The notes beneath the pieces were generated by a model. That model saw nothing but the letters and a program-made list of their open reading frames with translations. It had not been told where the DNA came from and ran no database searches. From contig CM035356.1 in assembly GCA_020137815.1 (NCBI GenBank), forward strand, positions 2,728,001-2,792,000: 64,000 nt of DNA, read 5' to 3'. Origin of the DNA: Hormiphora californensis (Eukaryota; Animalia; Ctenophora). Shown in pieces: positions 25,704 through 37,212 of this stretch. Within the stretch, counting starts at the first letter, position 1; each line of letters opens with the position of its first letter. The position numbers and the translations under genes are program-made.

Positions 25704-28700
25704 TCATCTTTTGATGTCTTTTTCCAGCTTGAAGGAGGGGCACAGTGGGTATCGCTGGTGGACGTGTTTTTTGTACAGTGCCATGTCCTCAGGTGAAGGT
25801 TTTAATGAGCCAGCTTGCAACTTTTCCAGTACATACAAACAACTCTGGGGAAGGGAATGTTAGGATAGAATTCAGATGATTTTACCATCTCCATTTTTAG
25901 TCCAAGGAAGTGTTTTGCAACTTTTAGCAGTTGACCACCTAACTACTTAGCAGTTAGCTGTACAAATGGTGGTCTATTTAAAGCAATCACATCTTAGAGG
26001 TGAGGGATCCAATATCTAAAACCAACTGTGATCATTACTTTGACACTGTAAATTCAAATTACCGGAAGTGAGGCCTTGCTGAAGTCGAACTTTAGAACCG
26101 TTTCCAGTTGTGTTCTAGTAGTATCCGAATCGAGGAAGGCTCTAGCGCACCCAACTGAAAATGTAGTCAGAAATAATCAACCAAATCAAACCCAAATCAA
26201 AATAACATCTGATTCTCCATTGATTAAGTTAGGTACGGCGACTAAGTTACTTCACAACTTAATTTCTCAACAACTAATTTACCGGAGAAAGTTTGTGACA
26301 GTCCATCAACATGTTCTGCGGCATAACTATCCAGCCAAGTGGATATCTTCCCCCCTGGTACTAAACCTTCCATTTCCTCCGTGACAATCCCCTTCACTAG
26401 CTCATCACTCTCAGGGTGCTTTGATACTACAGAGAGAGGGGGAATTAGATACAGATACTATAACAGTGTAGGAGGGGGATCACAAACTGCCTGCCATAGA
26501 ATTCAAACAGCTAGAGGGTGGTGGCCGGTGGGGTGTGGCAATAACTAATTAGGAAGTACAAGAATTATTGGAAGTTAACCACTCACCGTAGTCACACAGC
26601 TTGGTAAGATGGAGAGGAATCTCAGGAGTTGATGGGTTCGTTCGAATGGCCCTTTTTATACTCTGAATCATCAGCAAGATCTTTCCTGAAAGGAGATAAA
26701 ATTATGTTAGGAAAGTGGCAAAAAGTTCGTTCCTGGCCACGCAGGGGCTCGAACCCTGGACATTCGCGTTATTAGCACGACGCTCTAACCAACTGAGCTA
26801 CACGGCCATGTGCAACGGCACAATTGGCTGGGCACAAATCGGTTGTTTTTTGCTCGGAAAGTTGAGGTAGGAAATAGGAAAGTCACAAAAAAATCATTCC
26901 TGGCCACGCAGGGGCTCGAACCCTGGACATTCGCGTTATTAGCACGACGCTCTAACCAACTGAGCTACACGGCCATGAGCAACGGCACAATTAGTCGGGC
27001 GCAAATCGGTGTTTTTTGTCGGAAAGTTGCGGTAGGAAATAGGAAAGTCACACAAAAAATCATTCCTGGCCACGCAGGGGCTCGAACCCTGGACATTCGC
27101 GTTATTAGCACGACGCTCTAACCAACTGAGCTACACGGCCATGTCTATTTCCACAATTCCCGCCTCTATATATCACACCTTTTCTGTAGAACACTTCGAA
27201 GGCGAGGGTATGTGTATCAGGACACTGTGGAGAAAGGGTCCTGATTGGATCTAAGAACCTCATAACATCCTCCAATGGTGTCTCAGTTTTAACAAGTTCA
27301 GTTCCTACAATGGGAGGAGCAACAACCTCTCCATCCGTTCCTGTCGTGTTCTTTTTCTGTGTATCCTTCCCTCCGGTTGTCCCTTGTTTCTCCTTCGCCT
27401 CGTCCTGTTTCTTTTTCCACTGCTCTGCTCGCTTCTGTTTGCTCAGCTGTTTCTTAAGTTCTTTCTCTGTTAGACCATCTGGAAATAGGGGGGGTGTTAT
27501 AAAAGTGAACCCTATTCTATAGATCTGGTTTTATAAAAACAAAAGAAGAACCGAATCCGAATCTTACATACCGCTCTCTCCGTTTCCATGTCCATTTGTC
27601 TGACCATTCGGTTGATCGTGAAGGTGGAGGTACGTGTTAATGGCTACTTTCGCTCCTTTACTGTAGAAATCGTGACCTGGATAAAAATAGATAATTATAA
27701 AACAAGGAATTAACGTAAATCACGAAATAAAATGAAATTTCATGAATTATAAATCAAACCTCGGAGTTGATCCTCTAGCTTCAGTAGGCCGATGTAGGCC
27801 CGCAGTGTCATTTTCCTCATTGAGTAGGGATGGAAATCAAACTGGTCCTCAACAATGTCCACAAAGTGTTTCTCAATCTGGAAAAAGAGTAATGATCAGC
27901 ACACTACAAATCCTTTAGAGTTTGAAACAACATTCAATTTGTGGTACATACCTCGTGACATTTCTGGAGGGTAGCAGGCCAGTCCTGTTTGTTGTATGCA
28001 GCGCTGGCTGACTCGGTGAGGAACCACATACACTGCATCTCATTAAGATTATCTACCGGGTTCGTGTTCTCCTGGACAAAATCAAATGTCTTGGGTGACG
28101 AGGGTTAATTGTAGGGTCATGCATCACAGACAATAGACACACGGAACATTTTATTACATGCATACACAGGAAAGTAAAAAGATGAAGAACGATTCGATTG
28201 TTATCACTTATCAGTTATCGGTGACAGCTAAGTAATAAGTTATTATGTTAGCGCACTATCCACACATATAAACCATCACATAAACCACATACCCGTGTAA
28301 ACAGTGCACACAATTCCTCTGCCCGCTCCTTCATGCCCGCTCTCAGGAGGTATTTAGCAGATTTACAGTTGAGGTACCGATCCGCCAGATCCAGATTCCT
28401 GGCCTCCTCCAACCAGTGGACTGCTTCGACCATGTTACCAGCGTGCTAGGGTGGGAGGAGAGCTGGGTAATCATACCATATTTGGTCATTACTACCTGCT
28501 ACAATACCATATTTGGGCATTACTACCTGCTACAATACCATATTTGGGCATTACTACCTGCTACAATACCATATTTGGGCATTACTACCTGCTACAATAC
28601 CATATATGGGCATTACTACCTGCTACAATACCATATTTGGGCATTACTACCTGCTACAATACCATATATGGTCATTACTACCTGCTACAATACCAAATAT

Positions 28701-30627
28701 GGTCATATATTACCTTGTAAATCTTGCCTTTCACCAGGTAAGGATCGATGTAGGTAGGGGTATGTGTAATGGCCTTATTAATGTAGTCCAGTGCTTCCTG
28801 GATGTCTCGTTTGTAGTCGAAGAGTTGTGCCAGGAATATAAGCACGTGCAGATAGGACGTGGGTAGTTCCTCTTCTTCCGAGTCTGCAGAGGAATGGGGT
28901 TTTAGATTGGAGAGGAAGGGGGTTTTAGATTGGACTTTGGAGAGGAAGGGGGTTTTAGATTGGAGAGGAATGGGGTTTTAGATTGGAGGGGAGAGGAAGG
29001 AAGTTATAATCTGGAGAAGATAAGATGTGGGAAAGGGTCATAACTTAGAAAGGAAGGGGGGTTATAATCTGAACAGGGCCAGTAAGGATTGTGTTTCAAT
29101 ATAAATACGAAGTGACAGATGGTATTTAAATTTCCGGTAAAACCTAAATACTTGTTGCGAATTACTGTGTCTCTGCCAATAAAAACCTACCAACGGATAA
29201 TATGTCGAACATGACAGTGTTACTGAGGTTTCCTTGTAAATTATCCAATACGGTTAGACTCATAGTCTCCTGGATATAACATTCCCTCTCTCTACCCATA
29301 ACCCACTCAATTCCCGCCATGCCTCTCTATATTTGTCTTGCCATCCTAGTAGTTGGCCCTGTCCTGGGCTACCCGCCCCGTCGTGCTCCGTCCTGGCACC
29401 TTGCCATGAACATCAACCCTGCTGATGGCCACATATTTGGGTTCACCGAGGGATGGGCTACTGGCAACCAGATTGGAACGAAGAACAACTCCCTGACCAT
29501 GGACTACTTGGATCACTTCGTGTGGATGGAACCCGCCAACTACATAGCCATTGTAAGGCACCAGTTCGGTGTGATAGACGCGGTGAAAGTGTTTAGGTTC
29601 AGGTACTGGGGACTGAGCCTGCTGGCCAGGTTCCAAGAGATGGACCCTGGGAGAAGGGTTGTTAGTGACGGGGGACCCATCCAGGTGGAAATAGCACACG
29701 ATGCAAAGAACATCCCAACTGATCCAATATTTGGGGTGGGTGGAGAGCTGGCATTCAACTGGCGGTATACCGAGAACGGTCACCGTATTGTTCTAACAGG
29801 GGGACATTTGTCAGAGGAGGATTCGATGGATTCTAATACCAGGGGTCTGGGTAATGATATCTATTGTAATCCCTTGATAGGGGAGACTCTGGCTAATGGT
29901 GCAGGTGCATTTGATATATCTGTCATCCAGGATTGTTCCTTCCCGACATGTACTGGTTACCAACTAATGGGGACTGATCAGAGGAGTCCTGTAAGACTGA
30001 AGAATGGACCGGTGTTTGGGAACTATGCTATCTACATTGCGGAGGATAGTAGTTGGTTTCCAGGTCCTGGAGAGGAGTTACAGGGTGTTGTTAGCCCTTA
30101 TAAAACATGGGCTGAGTAGGGACACAGGGAGAGAAACAGCGACTGTAGTATTGTCTCTATCTTTATGTTTAGTAACTCTGTGATTTAGTAATTAATTGAA
30201 TAGTTCTTAAGATTTCGTGTTTTATTTTTAAAACCTTGTCAAGATTTCCTAAAACACATCATCACACCAAGGACTAAACACGATTTCCATGTAAAGTAGT
30301 ATCAATCACACGGGCCCAGAGGGGGGTAATATATAGCTGTAGCTAACTTGCTATGTGTGTGTGTAGTATCGATTTCAACCCCTCCCTCACTCACTCCCCT
30401 CATTTCTACATCCACCTTTACAATGATTTCTGTGCTAGTCGTCCTTGCTATCTCCCTCCTTGTCCCTCTCTATATCCACATCCAGCCCGCAGTACTACCT
30501 GTCCCCACCTCACTACCCCATGGAGGTCTCAAACCCAGTACTGTGGAGAGAGTGGCCAATATTACCGGTACATGGCGGTCTGAAACAGTCTTGGACGATC
30601 TGCAGTACCTTGCTGATAAATTATTTA

Positions 30628-30689
<62 letters not shown>

Positions 30690-33600
30690 TCGATACTTCT
30701 TTCCCTTTCTCCTGAATATTCTCTCGCGCTTTCCAGTACACTAGGAATGAAGCATGTGCAACCCATTTCTAATAAAAGGGGAAGCACCCAGTCCCCCGCC
30801 TAGTTAACAATCCCCTCTACTCCCCGCAGGGGGTGAATCGTTGTTGTACTACAAGGGTGACATAGCGACAGGGGAACTAACAGGATATCTGACCGGGTTC
30901 TCTCCTGTCACTCTGGAGATCACGTGGCGGGTCAGGTGTCCTGGAGAGTGTAGGATCTTGGGTGTTAGAGAGTATCAGGGTGATATTGTGGGAGTTAACC
31001 TACACGGTACACTCTTCAGGTAGGAGCTGGGGCCCAGGTACTTTAGGAGGGCACTGTGAAGTAGGGAGCTATCGACAGAGAGTCCCTCCTTTCTGACAAA
31101 CTGCCAGGTTTTGGGACTCTGGTGGTTGGTATATATTCGATATACATCCAGCCTCTCTGGGACCGGGGTGGTGTAATCCGAGGTGTAACTCCACAAAACA
31201 CTAGGATTTCCTGAAAACTGATACTGAACTGCAAGTACCATGTTTTATCGAATAACACCGGACACAGGCAAATGCTAAACCTGTGTCAATTCCTCAGGTT
31301 TTCAGAGGGGAAGTTCCAATGGTTGACAAGTCTGGAAACTTTTAAAGAGCGGCCAGGGTTCCTTAACGACATTGTTATTGTAGGGGACATGGCATACTTT
31401 ACTGATTCATTCATATCGAGGTGGGGAATCAGATTGATTGCTTTCCTTTTTTGTTTAAATCGAGCTCGTCCAATTTCAGGGACCCCGCGTTATCAATGTT
31501 CCAAAAGTTCTACAGTTTAACCCCAGACGGACGGATTCTTACCTATAACCTGACTAGCGGGACGTCAGCAGTACTAACAAGCAACCTCGTGACTCCAAAT
31601 GGTACCCCAAAAAAGGCCAATCCCTGGAAAAAAATCAGGGTACAGATTGCCTTTTAAGGACTGTACCCCTACGCCCTACATGTGTCACCGATGTATCTCC
31701 TCTCCTCAGGTATTGCGGTGACACCAGATAACACCACTTTGTTAGTATCAGAGGGAGCTCTATACAGGATAACCCGGGTCTGCATCAAGACAGGGGAGGT
31801 GGTTGGACACTTGCCAGGTCCCTCTCTAGGCAGTGTGGACAATATTAGAAGGAGTGGTACTGGGGAGTACTGGTTTGGTTTATCTGCAGGTTGGTAATAT
31901 ACTTTTGTACAGTTTTAGCTTTTTTACCTAAATTTCTCTGTCTCTGTCTCTGTCTCTGTCTCTGTCTCTGTCTCTGTCTCTGTCTCTGTCTCTGTCTCTG
32001 TCTCTGTCTCTGTCTCTGTCTCTGTCTCTGTCTCTGTCTCTGTCTCTATCTCCCTCTCCTCCATTCCCGCAGGTAGAACTACCACTAGGACTCTTCACGA
32101 TGTACAATCAGTGCTGCCTACACTCCGATCCCTAACTACCACAACATCCCTACTAAAGTGGATATTCCCATTATATACCAGGATCTTCGCTGAACCGGCA
32201 AGGTAAATGGTAATTCTGTATTAACTATAATTAGCCAGGTGATCAAACCTCCGATATTTACCGATATTTTACCTCGATATACCGATCAATCGAGGTATGA
32301 TTGTTATAGCACATAACCACATCTTATCCATAATTAGGAATCTCATGTTTCTAACTTCTCTTTTTCAGGGTGTACAAAACAGATAACTCGGGTAACCTGA
32401 TGCTAGTTTTGGAGGTCCCAACTGCAGATACCAGAGCCTTTAGTGAGGTTCTACATTGGGACGAGGGGACAGTGTTTCTAGGGACTCCCTTCGCAGGGGT
32501 ATACCGTATCACAATATGAATAGAGTTATTGTAGTAGTAGAGTTGGTTGGTTCGTAAAATTATAAATAATTATATTTTATTTTCACTTACCTGAGTGGAA
32601 TTTCTGGCAGACTTCCAATGATTTACAATACCCGTGAACCAGTTCAGAGATTATGGACATCTGAAACAGTTGTTTGTTTGTTTGTTTGTTTGTTTGTTTG
32701 TTTGTTTGTTTGTTTGTTTGTTTGTGGACATCTACATAGAACAAGGAATAGGAACATGTTTTTCAGTATCTAGAACAAGATCGGATAACCGATAGCATCT
32801 CTAAACCCTCATTCTATAACTCAATATTGTCCCTCTCACCTTATTGGCATCATTGAATTGGTGTTTCAGCATGTTAAATAGAGGTGGAACACCCTTCCTT
32901 AGTTGTCTCTGCATGTATTTATCCACAAAGGCCCTGAAAGACTCCCCGCTACACATGTTTAGGGTGCACACAGTAACTGCCTCAGAACGAGGATACTTCT
33001 CGTGGAGTTTCATACAAACACCCAGGGCTTCTTCTTCCGTTTCTAGTGGGGATAGAATCTTTTGTTACTAACGGGGCTAGAGAGAATATGTTGTTACCAT
33101 GGTAATTAGCTAACATTCACTCAAAAAGGAGTATCATAGACTTTATTCCCACTTTATTTTACAGAAATGGTAAGATATTACAACAAGAGACACAAAATTA
33201 CCAGGTTGTTGTGCCTTGATAAACTGCCCAATGTATTCCTTGTTCTCTGGGTTCCTCTGGATCAACCTCTCAAATATTAACCCTGCCTCCCTCATCTGAC
33301 CTAGCTTGATATGCAGGTTACCTGGTGGGGGATGATGATGGTTATTAGTCTCAATTCATGTGTGGTTAGATGATGGTTAGATTCATGTATTTCCCACAAT
33401 AAAAGTCTCCCTTCCTCAGATCTTACTAGATGATCCCCAACATCCTTCACTACCTCACTAAGTAGTAGAGGGGTTGGAGGACTCACTATCTCCCTCCCCA
33501 CTCCCCAGATCTCACTACCATGTCCACTATCTCCCTGGCCCTCCCGGAGCACGGAAACAGTGCCAAGCGACTCAAGCCCTCCCCCCACTAACCTGCCATT

Positions 33601-36600
33601 GAGAGCCATGCCTCCCCTTACTAACCTGCCATAGAGAGCCATGCCTCCCCCTACTAACCTGCCATTGAGAGCCATGCCTCCCCCTACTAACCTGCCATAG
33701 AGAGCCATGCCTCCCCCTACTAACCTGCCATAGAGAGCCATGCCTCCCCCTACTAACCTGCCATAGAGAGCCATGCCTCCCCCTACTAACCTGCCATAGA
33801 GAGCCATGCCTCTACATCCCCCTACTAACCTGCCATTGAGAGCCATGCCTCCCTCCCCCTACTAACCTGCCATAGAGAGCCATGCCTCTACATCCCCCTA
33901 CTAACCTGCCATTGAGAGCCATGCCTCCCCCTACTAACCTGCCATTGAGAGCCATGCCTCCCTCCCCTACTAACCTGCCATTGAGAGCCATGCCTCCCTC
34001 CCCTACTAACCTGCCATTGAGAGCCATGCCTCCCTCCCCTACTAACCTGCCATAGAGAGCCATGCCTCCCCTACTAACCTGCCATTGAGAGCCATGCCTC
34101 CCCCTACTAACCTGCCATTGAGAGCCATGCCTCCCTCCCCTCCTAACCTGCCATTGAGAGCCATACATCCCCCACTAACCTGCCATAGAGAGCCATGCCT
34201 CTACATCAACAATAGCAGCACGATGCTTGTAGATGTGATCCAGGGCACACTCCGTCTTTCCACCCTCTGCCATGATGGACGCCTCGTACATTAGTAACTC
34301 AGAGAACTCGTAGTCAGCTGGCTTACCCTGGGAGAGAAAGAGTTATGGTAACCATGGTAACTGTTCGATACCAGCAATTCTTCTTTCCGGTCGATAGAAG
34401 ATAAGTCGGTTTGGTATAACAGTGGTACATGGTAATTCAGTACCCGTTGTCTAATAGGATGATCACAGAGCCTCCCTCGAGCTGTGCCCCACGGGTACAT
34501 GATTCAAATACTCGTCGGTATTCACTATTAGGGGGTAGCACAGTAGCAGTAATGAGTATATTGGGGGGGGTGCAGCCCCAAAAAAAATCAAACTTTTTCC
34601 GAAACCCAGGGTATGGTTGGTTTTTTTTGGTCGTTTTTGGTTGAAATTTCTTTGATTTTTTTGGTCGTTTTTGATTTTTTAATTTTTTTGGTCGTTTTTG
34701 ATTTTTTTTGATCGTTTTTGATTTTTTTTGAATTTTTTTGATCGTTTTTGAATTTTTTTTGATCGTTTTTTATTTTTTAAATGTTTAATGTTTTTTGGTC
34801 GTTTTTGATTTTTTTTGATCGTTTTTGATTTTTTTTGAATTTTTTTGATCGTTTTTGAATTTTTTTGATCGTTTTTGATTTTTAAATGTTTAACACGGTC
34901 GCTTGTAGTGGGAAAACGGTAATGGAAAACGAAGATACAGTAAGACGACGCGCAACCGTGACCAATCAGGGCGCTAGTACGTGCTGACACATGAACTTTT
35001 TGCCGCGCGTTATGCACCGTGCGCGTCTCCTTACTGTATTTTCATTACGGTAATTTGACTACAAGCAGCACTGTGATGTTGAACAAAAAAGTTCAAAAAA
35101 AATAAAAAACGATCAAATAAAATAAAAAACGATCAAAAAAGTTCAAAAAAAATAAAAAACGATCAAAAAAAATCAAAAAAGATCAAAAAAAATCAAAGAA
35201 GATCAAAAAAAGTCAAAAAAAATCAAAAACGACCAAAAAAAATCAACACTTTTGAAAATCCAGGGTATGGTTGGTTATTTTTTGGGCTGCACCCCCCCCC
35301 CCTATATTATGAATCAGAAAATGACTCCACACAACAGTAGCAATGATGTTACATGTGGCAACTATTTGGGGGAAATGAGATCTCCAGTATGTGTGGTCAA
35401 TTGAATCATGTGTATAGTGTGTCTCTCATGCGTCAATACACATGTTGTGGAGCGGACAAGAACTCAGGTGAATTCGCAACATGTGTTGTTCTGAAATTTT
35501 TCCAGTTGTCTCACAAAATACTGCCCTCTCCGAACATGTCAGTAGTATTGATATGTTCCAGGAGCAGATGAAAGTGTTGGGGAATGGAACATTTATTACC
35601 TCAGATAGGATTCGTTAGACTAAAACATTTCTTACCTCCTGCGTCTTCCTGAATGTTTGGAGGACATTTAGAGCATCTTCATAGTCGCCCATAACGTGTA
35701 GGGAGATGGCATATCCTATCCAGCCGGCCCTCTGGTTAGCTCGCAACATTAGTAGTTGTCTCCGTGTGATCTGAGATGGGGAAACAGGGTCTATAATGGA
35801 ATCCAATGAGGTGTCTCAGGACGGGGTTTATAATGGAGAAGGGGTTTAGAAAGTGGCCCGGTTTAGAGGCCCCAGGCCCCAGAGTGTTTAGAAAGATGAA
35901 GAAAAGGATAGTGGTAACAAAATGAATACCTTGTAGCCGTCCAAGTCTCGAGTTTGGATTTGCAATAGGGATAAATCTCTCAGAATCTGTAAATTATCCT
36001 TGTCCCACCTGAAACCAATCCAATTTAAAACTTTCTTGTACAATTACTTCAAAACAATTGAAAGTTATGATTAGTACCTGAGAGCGTTCCTATAACACTT
36101 GATAGCCTCTTCATATTTCTTATCACTTCTTTGGAGCAGTCCGAATACATGCCAACACACATGGCTCCTCAGGTTGTTTCTCAGTCCTCTCTTTACATTG
36201 TCATAAGCCTCCACCTTTCGACCCAGACAGTTCAACGTGAGGCCCATCATAGCGAGGGTTTCTGGAAAATGAGGAAAAGGGTTGGAGAAAAGTGTGGATT
36301 TAAAGTTGATATTTCAGATCTTTAGGAAATGACCAAAGTTACCTCCATGTTCCTGGAATTTGGAGTTGGAAAGGATCTGCCGGGCGTGCTTGAGGCCGTT
36401 TTTATACTGCTTGTTTTCGTAACATTTCTGAAAAAAAAAGTATAAAAAGTGTGTCAGAAGTGGGATTTGAACCCACGCCCACATTCGTGGACCAGAATTC
36501 TCATTCATTTGAATGCAAGAGGTGAATCTTGAGTCTGGCGCCTTAGACCACTCGGCCATCCTGACATGTTGAAATGCGGAATTGCGCAGTATTAATACGC

Positions 36601-36964
36601 ATGTAAAACCCTAACTCTGAATCACACAAAATCCTTGAAATGTTCCGTTGGTAATGTGAGAACTAAAATGAATAGCTAATTAAGAGCATTAATTAGTTAA
36701 TAAGCATGTGCATTAAGCAACTACGGAGAGCTAAATGATGTCTCTGACAACTCTACATAATAAGGTGGGCGCGCGGTAGACCCCCCGAGAGGCAGTGATC
36801 AGCGCCCTCCACCCATGGTGCACTGGGTGACAGGGTCCCGAAACCTGCAGCAGTCTGTCACGTCACCTCCCAATCTTTGACACTTCACTGACTTGTGACG
36901 TCATTGTACTCACCAGTATCCTCTTGAAGAGGGCGTTTTCCTTTGGAGGCAGATCCTTAGCCAT
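25704..36964 (-). CDS. NAA15: N-alpha-acetyltransferase 15/16, NatA auxiliary subunit (TPR protein), about 20 exons
   Basis: [17 protein letters not shown]|[13 protein letters not shown]; [11 protein letters not shown]; [13 protein letters not shown]; [25 protein letters not shown]; last exon ends ...[16 protein letters not shown]. Canonical splice sites. Confidence 0.95.
26734..26807 (-). tRNA. tRNA-Ile(AAT), copy 1
   Basis: GGCCGTGTAGCTCAGTTGGTTAGAGCGTCGTGCT-AAT-AACGCGAATGTCCAGGGTTCGAGCCCCTGCGTGGCCA. Cloverleaf, A/B boxes and a downstream T-run. Confidence 0.95.
26901..26974 (-). tRNA. tRNA-Ile(AAT), copy 2
   Basis: Identical to copy 1. Confidence 0.95.
27067..27140 (-). tRNA. tRNA-Ile(AAT), copy 3
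   Basis: Identical to copy 1, with a TATA-like ATATATAG about 30 nt upstream. Confidence 0.95.
28476..28712. repeat. 31-bp intronic minisatellite (~7 copies) in NAA15
   Basis: Unit CCATATTTGGGCATTACTACCTGCTACAATA. Confidence 0.95.
29319..30119 (+). CDS. Intronless secreted protein (266 aa), nested antisense in an NAA15 intron
   Basis: GCCATG start context, signal peptide [17 protein letters not shown], long complex ORF ([13 protein letters not shown]...[12 protein letters not shown]). Family not securely recognised. Confidence 0.85.
   Translation: MPLYICLAILVVGPVLGYPPRRAPSWHLAMNINPADGHIFGFTEGWATGNQIGTKNNSLTMDYLDHFVWMEPANYIAIVRHQFGVIDAVKVFRFRYWGLSLLARFQEMDPGRRVVSDGGPIQVEIAHDAKNIPTDPIFGVGGELAFNWRYTENGHRIVLTGGHLSEEDSMDSNTRGLGNDIYCNPLIGETLANGAGAFDISVIQDCSFPTCTGYQLMGTDQRSPVRLKNGPVFGNYAIYIAEDSSWFPGPGEELQGVVSPYKTWAE
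30423..32519 (+). CDS. Strictosidine synthase-like / APMAP-family six-bladed beta-propeller, 7 exons, nested antisense in an NAA15 intron
   Basis: N-terminal hydrophobic anchor. Motifs [25 protein letters not shown]...NLVTPNGIAV, PG...[15 protein letters not shown]...VFLGTPF. GT-AG exons ~30423-30568, 30830-31019, 31298-31420, 31480-31601, 31710-31889, 32073-32202 and 32369-32519. Confidence 0.88.
33582..34201. repeat. ~33-bp minisatellite (~18 copies) derived from an NAA15 exon end plus 5' splice site
   Basis: Minus-strand unit GCATGGCTCTC(T/A)ATGGCAG|GTTAGTAGGGGGA. The first copy is the real exon/donor junction at 34180/34179. Confidence 0.92.
34563..35302. mobile_element. Non-autonomous foldback-like DNA element with poly-G/poly-C termini, copy 1
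   Basis: Ends G8-TGCAGCCC...GGGCTGCA-C11, internal (TTTTTTGATCGTTTTTGA)n arrays in both orientations, 6-bp TSD TATATT. Confidence 0.85.
34894..35075. mobile_element. Palindromic 182-bp MITE nested in the poly-G element
   Basis: Termini CACGGTCGCTTGTAGT / ACTACAAGCAGCACTGTG plus an inner inverted repeat. Absent from the second copy at 55462-55999. Confidence 0.75.
36452..36565 (-). tRNA. tRNA-Leu(CAA) with ~30-nt intron, in NAA15 intron 1
   Basis: GTCAGGATGGCCGAGTGGTCTAAGGCGCCAGACT-CAA-G[intron]TTCTGGTCCACGAATGTGGGCGTGGGTTCAAATCCCACTTCTGACA. Long variable arm and T-run terminator. Confidence 0.95.
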
Positions 36965-37212
36965 GGCGGCCTATATAATGGGCGAGGAATGTTAGAGGGT
37001 GGGGGATGGTAAGGTTTAGATCGGCTAAGTTAAATCAGAGAAGGGCTGAAAAACAACAACACGGATATCTGTTCGTCACATCTCTCTCTCTTTCTTTTAA
37101 AACAAAGTTGGAACATTTCAAATACATATTACAGTAAAATTAATCACAGCGACAAATCACCAAACACTCCTACAAATTCCGAGATCTAAGACCAGATATA
37201 TATCTCCCCTCT

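Noticed and set aside
33301-34168. Repetitive ORFs ([11 protein letters not shown])n
   Set aside because: Translation of the intronic minisatellite, with no independent gene signals.
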